Notes under the pieces: model-generated
What the model was told of the DNA's origin: nothing
Databases searched by the model: none
What the model saw: the letters and a program-made list of their open reading frames with translations, nothing else
Made by a program: the position numbers and the translations under genes
Assembly: GCA_036560125.1 (NCBI GenBank)
Contig: DATBRW010000015.1
Location: 1-35,008, forward strand
Source of the DNA: Candidatus Limnocylindria bacterium
Lineage (GTDB): Bacteria; Chloroflexota; Limnocylindria; QHBO01
DNA length: 35,008 nt
Direction: 5' to 3'
Shown: in pieces, positions 1-8,374 of the stretch
Position numbering within the stretch: position 1 is the first letter of the stretch
How the letters are laid out: each line of letters opens with the position of its first letter

Positions 1-2730
1 CAGCGCCAGGCGGAGGGCGTGGTCGACTCGATCGTCTTTGGCGCCGGCGACGGCGGGACCATCACCGCCCGCAGCGTGATGAGCGGCGAGGTGCTGGCCG
101 AATGGCAGGCGGGCGGCCCGGTCGCCAGCCTGGCCTACGACCCCGACCAGGCGCGGCTGCTGGTGGGGATGAGCGACTCGGGGACGGTGACCACCTACGA
201 CCTGGCCGCCTTCCTGTCGGTGCGCGGCGAGCGCGGGCCGCCGGCCGCGGGGTTGGTCATCGAGACCGGCCTGGCGGGCGTGAACGAGATTGATGTGCCG
301 CCGGACCAGCCCGCCCTGCTGTTCCGCGGCCCCGACGGGATCGTGGCGGCCGAGAAGGCCACCGGCGTGGAGCTGGCCCGCAGCGAGCTGGTGGCCGGCG
401 GGGTCGGATACGTGCCGGGCACCACGGGCGACGCGCCCAGCGGACCGTTCGTGGTGGCGACCGACCTCGAGCGCAACGTGCTGGTGGTGATGGACGCAGC
501 CACGCTGCTCCCGGATGAGGACATCAACGGCAACCCGCGGGTCGAGTCGCTGCCGTCGTCGGTGGTCGGGCCGATCGAGGTGCGCGGACGCGGCGACGAC
601 GCCCAGGTCTGGGTCCCGGTCGGGCCGCTGCCCGCCGACAACGAGCACCCGGCGGTCCGCGGCGGCATCACCGTCTTCGACGAGCGCATCCAGGAGATCG
701 ACACCGCGCCGCTGCCCGGCACGCCGTCGCTGATCGGCTGGCAGTCGGTGGCCAACATCATCTACATCGCGGGCTTCGACGAATCCAGCCAGCAGCCGGC
801 GGTGTGGACCGTCCAGCCCATCGGGAATGGCGGCAGCCAGAGCGCCGGGTTCGCGGCCTTCGACACGACATTGCTCAGCGGGCAGCCGCTGGCCATGGCC
901 TTCGACGTCTCGGATCACGACCAGGACGAGGACCATGCGCGCCTGCTGGTGTCAGTCACCGCTGAGGACGGCAGCGGCAGCCTGGTGCAGATCGACGCCG
1001 GGAGCAACGCCTTCGCCTGGCGTCTGGCGGGCATCGGCTTCGGCTCCGTCCTGGTCGCGCTGATCTACCTGCTGGCGGCGACCATGTTCAGCCGCCGTCG
1101 GATCGCCGTGCTGGCGGGCATCTTCGTGGCGGTCGACGGCATGAGCTACGTGATGAGCCGCATCGGCATGAACGACATCTACGTGGCCGTCTTCATCGCC
1201 GCTGCCTACCTCGTCTTCTGGCAGGTCTGGTCGGGCCGCTGGCCGCGCAGCGCCTGGTGGGCGCTGCCGCTGGCCGGCGTCCTGATCGGCCTGGCGGCGG
1301 CCACCAAGTGGGTCGGCATCTACGCCATGCTGGGCATCTGGATCCTGGTCTTCGCGCGCTCGGCGCTCGGCCGCTTCCTGCTGGTAGCGCTGATCGCGGC
1401 GATCGCGGTGGTGATGGGCTTCGGCGCCCCATGGCCGTTCCTGGTGGTGGCGCTGGCCACGCTGGCGCTGGCGCTGGTGGTGGTCTGGGTGCGGCCGATC
1501 CAACTGGAGATGCGAGATCTGCTGGGCCTGTCGGCGACGATGGCCGCGCTGGCAGCCGTTGGCCTGGCCTTCACGCTCGCCTTCAACCAGGTCGAGGGCG
1601 CCCGTGAGCCCGGCAACGCGGTGGAGCTCGTCTTCAGCGTGCTGGCGCGCGCCGCGCAGGTCGGGTGGCCCGCCTATCTGCTGCTGGCCGGATCCGCGGT
1701 GCTGCTGGTCATCCGTGCCGTTCGCTCCCTGTCCGACCCGGACAGCGACCGTCGCTGGCAGCTGCCCGGCGAGCTGGGTGGGTTCCAATGGCCCTGGATC
1801 GCAGCCTGCCTGGCCGTGATCCCGCTGCTCGTCTATTTCCTGGCTTACGTGCCGTACCTGCAGCTCGGCCATAACATCGCCGGACCATCGGCCGGTCCGG
1901 GCTATGGCTGGTCATTGGATGAGATGCACGCCCAGATGTTCGGCTACCACTTCGGCCTGCAGGCCGGGCATCCCTCGTCGTCGCCGTGGTGGAGCTGGCC
2001 CCTCGACCTGAAGCCGGTCTGGTTCTACGGGCACGACTTCGACGAGCGACGCGTCGGCGTGATCTACAACGGCGGCAATCCGATCCTGTTCTGGGCCGGT
2101 GTGCCGGCGCTCGTCTGGTGCGGGCTGATGGCCTGGAAGCGCCGCTCACTGGCGATGGTGCTGCTGGTGGTGGCCTTCGCCTTCCAGTTCCTGCCCTGGA
2201 CCCGGATCGAACGCGCCACGTTCCACTACCACTATCTGACGGCGGTCATCTTCGCCATGGTGGCGGTGAGCTACGTCGTCGACGAGATGCTGCGCTCCTG
2301 GACGTATCGGCCGCTGGCGATCGCGTTCCTGGTGCTGGCGGCGATCGTGGGCGTCCTGGTCTTCCCGCTCGGCTCGGCCATCGCCATGCCCGACTGGTAC
2401 ATCAACCTGGCGCGCTCCTTCCCGCCCTGGAACTACGCCTTCCAGTTCCCGCCTCCGCCGCAGGGGGAGCGCGGCCAGCTGATCGCGGCCGACTCGGTGA
2501 AGCTGATCGCCGGCGTGCTGGTGGCGGTCAGCGCCGCGGCGTTCGCCCTGTACGGTCGAGAGCTACTGGGAGGAGGGCCGTCGCAGGGCGAGGACGAGCA
2601 GGACGATGCCCAGGACCACGAGCGCTACCGGCCACAGCAGGTCGGTGTCGATGGCGGGCACGTACTGGTCGATCAGGAACCAGACCCCCAGCCCGATCAG
2701 GATCACGCCGAAGATCACGGCACCGCCTGA
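1..2730 (+). CDS. GT39/PMT-family (polyprenyl-phosphate-mannose protein mannosyltransferase-like, GT-C) membrane glycosyltransferase, 5'-partial, with a large soluble beta-propeller-like region
   Basis: Frame 1 is open from base 1; the ORF track starts at GTG 19 but there is no upstream stop, so the 5' end probably lies outside the window. The region from about aa 330 on is polytopic and carries PMT/GT39 hallmarks: NAFAWRLAGIGFG, VDGMSYVMSRIGMNDIYV, and the PMT_4TMC-like SSSPWWSWPLDLKPVWFY / FLPWTRIERATFHYHYL. The first ~330 aa are soluble with repeated strand-like segments. Confidence 0.75.
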   Translation, partial: QRQAEGVVDSIVFGAGDGGTITARSVMSGEVLAEWQAGGPVASLAYDPDQARLLVGMSDSGTVTTYDLAAFLSVRGERGPPAAGLVIETGLAGVNEIDVPPDQPALLFRGPDGIVAAEKATGVELARSELVAGGVGYVPGTTGDAPSGPFVVATDLERNVLVVMDAATLLPDEDINGNPRVESLPSSVVGPIEVRGRGDDAQVWVPVGPLPADNEHPAVRGGITVFDERIQEIDTAPLPGTPSLIGWQSVANIIYIAGFDESSQQPAVWTVQPIGNGGSQSAGFAAFDTTLLSGQPLAMAFDVSDHDQDEDHARLLVSVTAEDGSGSLVQIDAGSNAFAWRLAGIGFGSVLVALIYLLAATMFSRRRIAVLAGIFVAVDGMSYVMSRIGMNDIYVAVFIAAAYLVFWQVWSGRWPRSAWWALPLAGVLIGLAAATKWVGIYAMLGIWILVFARSALGRFLLVALIAAIAVVMGFGAPWPFLVVALATLALALVVVWVRPIQLEMRDLLGLSATMAALAAVGLAFTLAFNQVEGAREPGNAVELVFSVLARAAQVGWPAYLLLAGSAVLLVIRAVRSLSDPDSDRRWQLPGELGGFQWPWIAACLAVIPLLVYFLAYVPYLQLGHNIAGPSAGPGYGWSLDEMHAQMFGYHFGLQAGHPSSSPWWSWPLDLKPVWFYGHDFDERRVGVIYNGGNPILFWAGVPALVWCGLMAWKRRSLAMVLLVVAFAFQFLPWTRIERATFHYHYLTAVIFAMVAVSYVVDEMLRSWTYRPLAIAFLVLAAIVGVLVFPLGSAIAMPDWYINLARSFPPWNYAFQFPPPPQGERGQLIAADSVKLIAGVLVAVSAAAFALYGRELLGGGPSQGEDEQDDAQDHERYRPQQVGVDGGHVLVDQEPDPQPDQDHAEDHGTA

Positions 2731-3039
2731 GCCTCCACGGCGCAGCCGCTGCTCGTGTGCCTCCCAATCGGAAGGCGGTGCGGCCGTGCCCATGGCTTCG
2801 GTGACCGCCAGCTCGCCGCCCGGCTCGGCGGCGCGCGCCACGGTCGCGGCGCTCGGACCCTCCGGCACCACGATCCACATCACGATGTAGAGCACCAGGA
2901 ATATGCCGCCGGTGACCAGCGCCAGCACCGCCCACACCACGCGCACGATCGACGGGTCCATGTCGAAGTAGTCGGCCACGCCAGCGGCGACGCCGCCCAG
3001 GATCGAGTCGCGGCGGGATCGGTAGAGGCGCCGGTTCAT
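2563..3039 (-). CDS. PspC-domain membrane protein (phage-shock/envelope stress family)
   Basis: N-terminus MNRRLYRSRRDSILGGVAAGVADYFDMDPSIVRVVWAVLALVTGGIFLVLYIVMWIVVPE is a textbook PspC domain. Two further C-terminal TM helices follow. The ATG overlaps the stop of the upstream gene (ATGA at 3036-3039). Confidence 0.85.
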   Translation of the reverse strand: MNRRLYRSRRDSILGGVAAGVADYFDMDPSIVRVVWAVLALVTGGIFLVLYIVMWIVVPEGPSAATVARAAEPGGELAVTEAMGTAAPPSDWEAHEQRLRRGGSGGAVIFGVILIGLGVWFLIDQYVPAIDTDLLWPVALVVLGIVLLVLALRRPSSQ

Positions 3040-4004
3040 GCACAGCCCTCCTCGGGGTTCAGGGTGAAGCTGGCGGCGTTGCCCTCGAGCGCCAGGTCGA
3101 TCGTGTGCGCGGCCGACTCGAAGCCGTCGCTGGTATAGGTGCCCTCACCGGACTTCTGGAGCCCGGAGTCGTCCAGGTTGTGGGCGAAGGTCACGTTGGC
3201 GTCCACCGTGATGCGCAGGCCCGCCTCGGGGGCGGTGCAGAGGTCGACGCTGCCGGCGTTCACGCCGATGCTGCCGGCCAACTGCGTGTCCGCATCGGTC
3301 AGCACCAAGAGCGAGCCGGCGTTCACGTGCAGGTCGAGCTCCCGCACCTCGGAGCCGCTGAGGTTGATGTCCAGGGACCCCGCGTTGGGATCGGCCCTGA
3401 CGCGGGAGAACTGACCGCCGTCCAGGGAAACGTGGCTGTCGGTGGCGTTCAGGGTCAGCGACAGGTCGTAATCGACGTCGCGGCCCAGGGTCACCGTCCA
3501 GTCCTGGCGATCGTCCCTGAACGGGAAGCCACCGTTGTTCGAGCGCATGGTGAGCGAGCCGGAATCTGCCTCAAGACTGACGTGCTGGTCGCCTTCCGCC
3601 GTCGTCATCGCCTCCCAGCCCGAACCATCGGCCAGGCCCAGTGTCAGATCGCCGCAGTTCAAGGTCAGGTCGACGCTGGCCGTCGTGGAGGAGAAGTCGC
3701 CGTTCGAGGTCTCTTGTGCGCCCTGCCCCTGGCCGCAGGTCCCAAGGAAACCGCCGGCCCCCGCCGCGATGGCGGCGCCCCCAGCGAAGCCCACCACCAG
3801 CGCCGCCACGACCACCCCAATCACGGCGAATGGGGTCCGCGACAGCACGATGGCCAGCCCGATCACGATCAGGATCACCGGCCACAGGTTCCACATCTCG
3901 GCCATGGCCGGGATCTCGAACCAGCCCTGGGTCGCGCCCAGCGCGACGACGCCGGCAGTGACGAGAGCCAGCCCCCAGAACAGGAGGCCGCGGTTGACAT
4001 GCAT
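3036..4004 (-). CDS. LiaF/toastrack-like (DUF4097/DUF2154-type) membrane protein
   Basis: The ORF track gives 3036..4292, but the first 96 codons are Arg/Gly-rich and run into the TetR promoter region. Internal Met97 (MHVNRGLLFWGLALV...) starts three TM helices followed by a repetitive beta-rich domain (SVDLTLNCGDLTL, SLDINLSGSEVRELDLHVNAGSL, GSIGVNAGSVDL), typical of toastrack/LiaF C-terminal domains. It is translationally coupled to the PspC gene. Confidence 0.7.
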   Translation of the reverse strand: MHVNRGLLFWGLALVTAGVVALGATQGWFEIPAMAEMWNLWPVILIVIGLAIVLSRTPFAVIGVVVAALVVGFAGGAAIAAGAGGFLGTCGQGQGAQETSNGDFSSTTASVDLTLNCGDLTLGLADGSGWEAMTTAEGDQHVSLEADSGSLTMRSNNGGFPFRDDRQDWTVTLGRDVDYDLSLTLNATDSHVSLDGGQFSRVRADPNAGSLDINLSGSEVRELDLHVNAGSLLVLTDADTQLAGSIGVNAGSVDLCTAPEAGLRITVDANVTFAHNLDDSGLQKSGEGTYTSDGFESAAHTIDLALEGNAASFTLNPEEGCA

Positions 4005-4081
4005 GCTCGAGGTCCTCCGCGGGTCGCAGCCCCCCAAGGCCTGCACGCCATTGTCGCATTGCCCCGCCAGCCCCACCCCTC

Positions 4082-4110
4082 TTGACATGATCCATATATT
4101 CACAATATGA
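4082..4110 (+). promoter_or_regulatory. AT-rich promoter/operator candidate for the TetR gene (possibly a leaderless transcript)
   Basis: This is the only AT-rich patch in the region: cTTGACAtgatccaTATATTcacaatATG. TATATT (4095-4100) ends 6 nt before the ATG at 4107. An inverted repeat CATAT-N8-ATATG (4092-4109) spans the start codon. The spacing between TTGACA and TATATT is too short for both to be used together. Confidence 0.3.
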
Positions 4111-4718
4111 CTCGTATCTCCAATCCTCCGGCCCGCGAATACCGCAGCGAGCTCCGCGCGCAGCAGGCGGAGGAGACGCGCGCCCGGATCCTGGAAGCGA
4201 CGGCGCGCGTCATGGCCCGCGGCATAGCCACCATCTCTATCCCGGCCGTGGCCCGGGAAGCGGGGGTCTCGGTGCCGACGGTCTACCGTCACTTCGGCAG
4301 CAAGCAGGACCTCCTGGCGGCGGTGTACCCGTATGCGCTCAAGCGCGCCGGGGTGGACGAGCCGCCATTCCCGGCATCGCTCGACGAGCTGAAGGAAAAC
4401 GTGCGGCTCTACGCTGCGCGGGTCGGCTCGTTCGACGAGCTCACTCGCGCAGCCATGGCCAGTCCGGCCTCGGCCGAAGTCCGAGCGCTCAGCATCCCGC
4501 GTCGGCTGGGCATGATCGAACGCCTGGTCGACTCGTTCGACCCACCGCTGGTAAACGCCGATCGCGAGCGGATGGTGCGGTTGCTGGCCGTGATGCTCAA
4601 CTCGTCGGCCCTGCGCACCTGGAGCGAGGTGCTGGGCGCCTCGGTCGAGCAGGTGGCTGATGACGTGGACTGGATCGCTCGCGCGGCGTTGGCCGCCAGC
4701 CGGAGGAAGGACCGATGA
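4107..4718 (+). CDS. TetR/AcrR-family transcriptional regulator
   Basis: N-terminal HTH region RARILEATARVMARGIATISIPAVAREAGVSVPTVYRHFGSKQDLL is the canonical TetR_N signature. The stop overlaps the next ATG (ATGA at 4715-4718). Confidence 0.9.
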   Translation: MTRISNPPAREYRSELRAQQAEETRARILEATARVMARGIATISIPAVAREAGVSVPTVYRHFGSKQDLLAAVYPYALKRAGVDEPPFPASLDELKENVRLYAARVGSFDELTRAAMASPASAEVRALSIPRRLGMIERLVDSFDPPLVNADRERMVRLLAVMLNSSALRTWSEVLGASVEQVADDVDWIARAALAASRRKDR

Positions 4719-6901
4719 GCACCGCGCTGCGACCGCTGAGCGATCTGCGCATGGCCGATGCTCCGGAGGTCGGTGGCAAGGCCGCCAGCCTGGGAGAGTT
4801 GGTGGCCGCCGGCGTCCGCGTGCCGGACGCGGTCGTGCTGACCGCCACCGCTGCGACGCTTGCCCCTGAGGAGCGACGCGCCCTCCTGGAGCAGGGTGTT
4901 CGCTTGCTGGGCGACGGAACGTTCGCGGTGCGCTCGAGCGGCGTCAGCGAAGACGGAACCGAGCGTTCGTTCGCCGGCATGTACGAATCGGTGCTGAACG
5001 TGCCCGTTGACGGCCTTGCCGCGGCGGCAGACCGCACTCTGGTAAGCAGGCGCGGGCCTCACCTGACCACGTATGCCGAGGCGGGCAACGGCGTGAACGC
5101 GGGTTTGGCGGTCATCGTCCAGCGCATGGTCCAGGCCTCCGCAGCCGGCGTCGCGCTGACCGCGGATCCCATTACGGGCGACCGTACCAGGACGATCGTC
5201 ACCGCCGTGCGGGGTACCGGGGACAGGCTGGTGTCCGGCGCGTCGATTGGCGATGAATGGGTCGTCACCGACGGTCGCGCCGCCGTTCGACGACGCGCCG
5301 AGTCGGCGATCGACGAGCGGCAGGCCCTCGCGGTGGCAGTCGAAGCGAACCGCATCGCGGCCGCGCGCAACCAGCCGCAGGATGTGGAGTGGGCGATCGA
5401 CGGAGACGGCACGCTCTGGATCCTGCAGTCCCGGCCCATGACGGCCCTACCGCGGCAGGTCTCCTGGGAGCCCGGCGCTGCCGGCGCCTTCACGCGGCAG
5501 CTGCGCCTGGGCGAGTGGATCGGCGCGCCGGTGACGCCCCTCTTCGAGACGTGGCTGCTGACTGCCATGGAGAATCGGATGCACGCCTTCTACAAGGCGG
5601 AGATCGGCCAACGGGTGCCGCGTCCATACCACGTCGTCGTCAACGGCTGGTATTTCTACGGCCTCAACTTCCTCTCGGGCGGGGCCATGCTCCGCAGCCT
5701 GCCCGGCATCCTCTGGCACCTCGTGCGCGAGCCGCGGAAGGCAGCGGGCGTGCTCCCGGCAACCGTCCGCCACGGCTATCCGCTGATGGAGCGCATGTGG
5801 CGAAGCGACATCCAGCCGAGGTATCAGGCGGTCGTTGCCGACGCCGCCAGCGAGGTCGAGGACCTGCCACTGGAGCAGCTTCCGGCGCTGGTCGACCGGC
5901 TCGCAGAAGCAGCGGGCGAATACTTCGCATCCATCACGGCCCTCGCCGGCGCCGGGTACAAGCTGGAAATGAACCTCGCCCGCTTCTACCAGCGTCATGT
6001 CCGGCCAAGGCTCGGTGGCAGCCACCTGCCCTTGCTGGCCGGCATCGAGGCCCCGGTCGGACCTGCCGCGCATGCGGTCACCTCGCTGGATTGGTGGTAT
6101 CCCCCGTTGGGCGAAGTGGGGGTGGCACGCGCGGACGGCGCATACGGACGCCTTGTCAGGAAGCGAGAAGCGGCCGAGTCAGCTGCCGAGGCGGCGCTGG
6201 CCGGATCGCCGAAGCGGCTGCGCGAGTTCTGCCAACTCCTCGCCGACAGTCAGCACCTCGTCCCCATCCGCGAAGAGCAGACCTCGGAACTGACCCTGCC
6301 GTGGCCGGCGATGCGGCGCGCCGTGCTGCGTATCGGCCAGGCCCTGACCAACCGGGGCCAGCTGGCTACCGCGGACGACGTCTTCTTCCTGACCCGCGAC
6401 GAGGTCCTCGCTGCCCTGGTCAACGGCGAAGCGTTCCAGGCACCGGACATCTCGGCGCGGCGTGCGACGCGCGAGGAGCAGGCGCGCCTGGTGCCGCCGC
6501 TCCTCATTGGACGCATCAACCCCATGCTGAAGCGAATGTGGGATTCGTACCCCCGAATGCTCGGCGCCACCCCATCGGAGCGGGCGCTGGTCTCGGGCAG
6601 CCCGGCGTCAGCCGGAAGAGCCACCGGCGCGGTGCGTGTGATCCTCGGCCCCGATGAGTTCGAATTGCTTCAGCCGGGCGAGATCCTGGTGGCGCCGCTC
6701 ACGGCTCCGGCCTGGACGCCGCTCTTCACGCGTGCGGCGGCTGTGGTCACCGACGTCGGCAGCCCGGCAGCGCACGCGTCGATCATCGCGCGCGAATACG
6801 GCATTCCCGCCGTCGTCGGCTGCGGGGACGCCACCGCGCGGCTCACCACCGGGATGCGCGTCACGGTCGATGGCTCGACCGGCAACGTGGAACCGGCCTA
6901 G
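4715..6901 (+). CDS. PEP/pyruvate-binding (PPDK_N-like ATP-grasp) plus PEP-utilising mobile His-domain protein; PpsA/rifampin-phosphotransferase-like architecture
   Basis: N-terminus VGGKAASLGELVAAGVRVPDAVVLT and FAVRSSGVSEDGTERSFAGMYESVLNV match PPDK_N. C-terminus LVAPLTAPAWTPLF...VVTDVGSPAAHASIIAREYGIPAVVG matches the swivelling phospho-His domain. The central ~300 aa are not recognisable to me. Confidence 0.8.
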   Translation: MSTALRPLSDLRMADAPEVGGKAASLGELVAAGVRVPDAVVLTATAATLAPEERRALLEQGVRLLGDGTFAVRSSGVSEDGTERSFAGMYESVLNVPVDGLAAAADRTLVSRRGPHLTTYAEAGNGVNAGLAVIVQRMVQASAAGVALTADPITGDRTRTIVTAVRGTGDRLVSGASIGDEWVVTDGRAAVRRRAESAIDERQALAVAVEANRIAAARNQPQDVEWAIDGDGTLWILQSRPMTALPRQVSWEPGAAGAFTRQLRLGEWIGAPVTPLFETWLLTAMENRMHAFYKAEIGQRVPRPYHVVVNGWYFYGLNFLSGGAMLRSLPGILWHLVREPRKAAGVLPATVRHGYPLMERMWRSDIQPRYQAVVADAASEVEDLPLEQLPALVDRLAEAAGEYFASITALAGAGYKLEMNLARFYQRHVRPRLGGSHLPLLAGIEAPVGPAAHAVTSLDWWYPPLGEVGVARADGAYGRLVRKREAAESAAEAALAGSPKRLREFCQLLADSQHLVPIREEQTSELTLPWPAMRRAVLRIGQALTNRGQLATADDVFFLTRDEVLAALVNGEAFQAPDISARRATREEQARLVPPLLIGRINPMLKRMWDSYPRMLGATPSERALVSGSPASAGRATGAVRVILGPDEFELLQPGEILVAPLTAPAWTPLFTRAAAVVTDVGSPAAHASIIAREYGIPAVVGCGDATARLTTGMRVTVDGSTGNVEPA

Positions 6902-7191
6902 AAACCCGCCTCCGTCTCGCCGTCGGCGTCCGGCTCGTGGTCCTCCGGCGCGGCCCTCTCGACCACGATCGTGCAGCGAGTGGCCAGCGCCGCCAGGGCG
7001 CCGATCGCCGCGAACACCGGCAGCAGGGCCGCGCCGATCACGCCTATCGTCAGCGGGATCACGATCAGCGTGTCGCCACTCTCGTTCTTGATCGTCAGCC
7101 GACGTACGTTGCCCTCGCGGACCAGCTGCCTGACCTTGGCCAGCAGCTCGTCGCCATTGATGCTGAACTCTTCGACCTTCTCGCCACCCAT
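6898..7191 (-). CDS. DUF4342-family small protein
   Basis: EEFSINGDELLAKVRQLVREGNVRRLTIKNESGDTLIVIPLTIGVIGAALLP followed by a hydrophobic segment matches my recollection of DUF4342 proteins. Its stop shares the palindrome CTAG (6898-6901) with the convergent upstream gene. Confidence 0.7.
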   Translation of the reverse strand: MGGEKVEEFSINGDELLAKVRQLVREGNVRRLTIKNESGDTLIVIPLTIGVIGAALLPVFAAIGALAALATRCTIVVERAAPEDHEPDADGETEAGF

Positions 7192-7218
7192 CGGTCCATC
7201 CCTTCCGCGCCGAGGGCG

Positions 7219-8172
7219 TCAGGTCGCGCGCCAGAACAGCCAGGCGTCGCGCATCCGCTGCACCTGACCCGGGGTGAACTGGGTGATGCACGAGTCGTCC
7301 GAGTAGTCCATATAGTTGTGAATCGGGTCCAGACCCGGTGCCGGGCAGGTGTCCTTGCCCTGTGGGCAGCCGGAGGTCGCGGACTTCTGCGGGGGCGTGT
7401 CGCTGACGAAGTCGCCGTTCTTGTTGCACTGCCCGAAGAAGGTGTGCTCGAGATTCAGCCAGTGGCCGGTCTCATGGGTGAGCGTGTCGCCCTCATCGGC
7501 GACACCTGCGTACTCGGTTGAAACACCGGGCATCGTCCGCCAGTCGATCACGATCCCGTCGAGGTACGCCTGGGCGGTGTCGGTGATCTCGGGCAGATAT
7601 GCATAGCCCAGGAGGGCGCCCCCGCTGGTCGAGTAGACATTGAGGGCGCTATCGCCGCCCTGCTTCAGTGCGCGCTTCATGTCGTGCTCGGCGCCGGCTG
7701 ACTGCGAGCGGTACCACACGGCGTTGTTGGTGCGAGTGACGCCGGCGAGTGAGAACGCGAAGCCGGTGGCCGCCCCTCCTTCACCGCCGCTGAAGCCGCG
7801 ATTGATCGCGCTGATCTGGCTACTGATCTGCGCATTCGTGACGGCGCCCGCGGTACCGTCCGTCACGACGTGCCAGTACACCGAGACGGTGACAGAGAAA
7901 TTGCTTGGCGCGCGGCCCTTGGCGGCCGCCGGAAGGTCGTGAACGACCAGGCCGCTGTCCTTGTCGCGGACGAGACCGCGGCTATCGACGGCCACGCCCC
8001 GTGTCGACCCGCTGCGAGCTTCTGGGCCAGTGGCGGCGGCCGCGATCTCTTGCGGAGAGCACGCCCAAGCGGGCAGTCCACTACTCGCGAGCGAGACCGT
8101 GGCCGGGCCGGCCAGCGAAATGGACAGGGCGGCCGACGCAAACAGCGCCAGCCCGCGACGTGCGACGGTCAT
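7219..8172 (-). CDS. Secreted zinc metalloprotease, M43 (pappalysin/ulilysin-like metzincin)
   Basis: Start chosen at internal ATG 8172 (MTVARRGLALFASAALSISLAGPATVSLASS, a signal peptide), preceded by GGAGGA 7 nt upstream. The longer ORF-track version (to 8490) adds Arg-rich sequence. Zinc motif THETGHWLNLEHTF (HExxHxxxxxH), a Cys-rich C-terminal part and IHNYMDYS. Confidence 0.85.
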   Translation of the reverse strand: MTVARRGLALFASAALSISLAGPATVSLASSGLPAWACSPQEIAAAATGPEARSGSTRGVAVDSRGLVRDKDSGLVVHDLPAAAKGRAPSNFSVTVSVYWHVVTDGTAGAVTNAQISSQISAINRGFSGGEGGAATGFAFSLAGVTRTNNAVWYRSQSAGAEHDMKRALKQGGDSALNVYSTSGGALLGYAYLPEITDTAQAYLDGIVIDWRTMPGVSTEYAGVADEGDTLTHETGHWLNLEHTFFGQCNKNGDFVSDTPPQKSATSGCPQGKDTCPAPGLDPIHNYMDYSDDSCITQFTPGQVQRMRDAWLFWRAT

Positions 8173-8229
8173 CACGCGATCCTCCAATCGGGGCGGCCGT
8201 GTCCGCCGCCTGGTCCCATGCTCGGCTGA

Positions 8230-8259
8230 AATGTACGCCGCCTGGCGCGCGCGGGCCAA
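8230..8259 (-). promoter_or_regulatory. Candidate promoter for the M43 protease gene
   Basis: On the minus strand: TTGGCC (8259-8254), N18, TACATT (8235-8230), about 55 nt upstream of the ATG at 8172. It lies back-to-back with the plus-strand promoter at 8262. Confidence 0.25.
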
Positions 8260-8261
8260 CC

Positions 8262-8291
8262 TTGACATCGGCGCCCGGGCGGTCGTAGACT
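8262..8291 (+). promoter_or_regulatory. Sigma-70/SigA-type promoter candidate (TTGACA-N18-TAGACT)
   Basis: Perfect -35 TTGACA at 8262-8267 and TAGACT at 8286-8291 with an 18-nt spacer, in a 440-bp divergent intergenic region. It would start a transcript near 8298, about 315 nt upstream of the ABC ATPase start. Confidence 0.5.
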
Positions 8292-8374
8292 CCCGCGGCG
8301 GCCACCGTGAACAGATCGCTGTTTCGGCGCGCCGTCCGGCCAATACACCACCTAGCGAGGATCGACCGAAGGCG

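Noticed and set aside
952-1872. 306-aa minus-strand ORF, and many 60-150-aa ORFs inside the glycosyltransferase gene
   Set aside because: These are antisense or off-frame to a convincing polytopic GT39 frame, with low-complexity Arg/Gln/Asp-rich sequence.
4005-4292. 5' extensions given by the longest-ORF track (3036..4292; likewise 7219..8490, 23150..24202, 27750..29456, 31512..32051)
   Set aside because: The extensions are Arg/Gly-rich and overlap upstream genes or promoter regions. They precede internal Met codons that begin proper signal peptides, TM anchors or family N-termini, several with SD motifs or ATGA coupling, so shorter starts were chosen.
4082-4720. Rifampin-associated palindromic element upstream of the Rph-like gene
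   Set aside because: The gene is directly overlapped by the TetR gene, so there is no free upstream region. The only palindrome, at 4092-4109, is a short AT-rich one that does not resemble the GC-rich element I recall.
5257-6657. 466-aa +2-frame ORF inside the PEP-utilising enzyme gene
   Set aside because: Extremely Arg/Pro/Gly-rich. The co-located frame carries PPDK_N and mobile-domain motifs.
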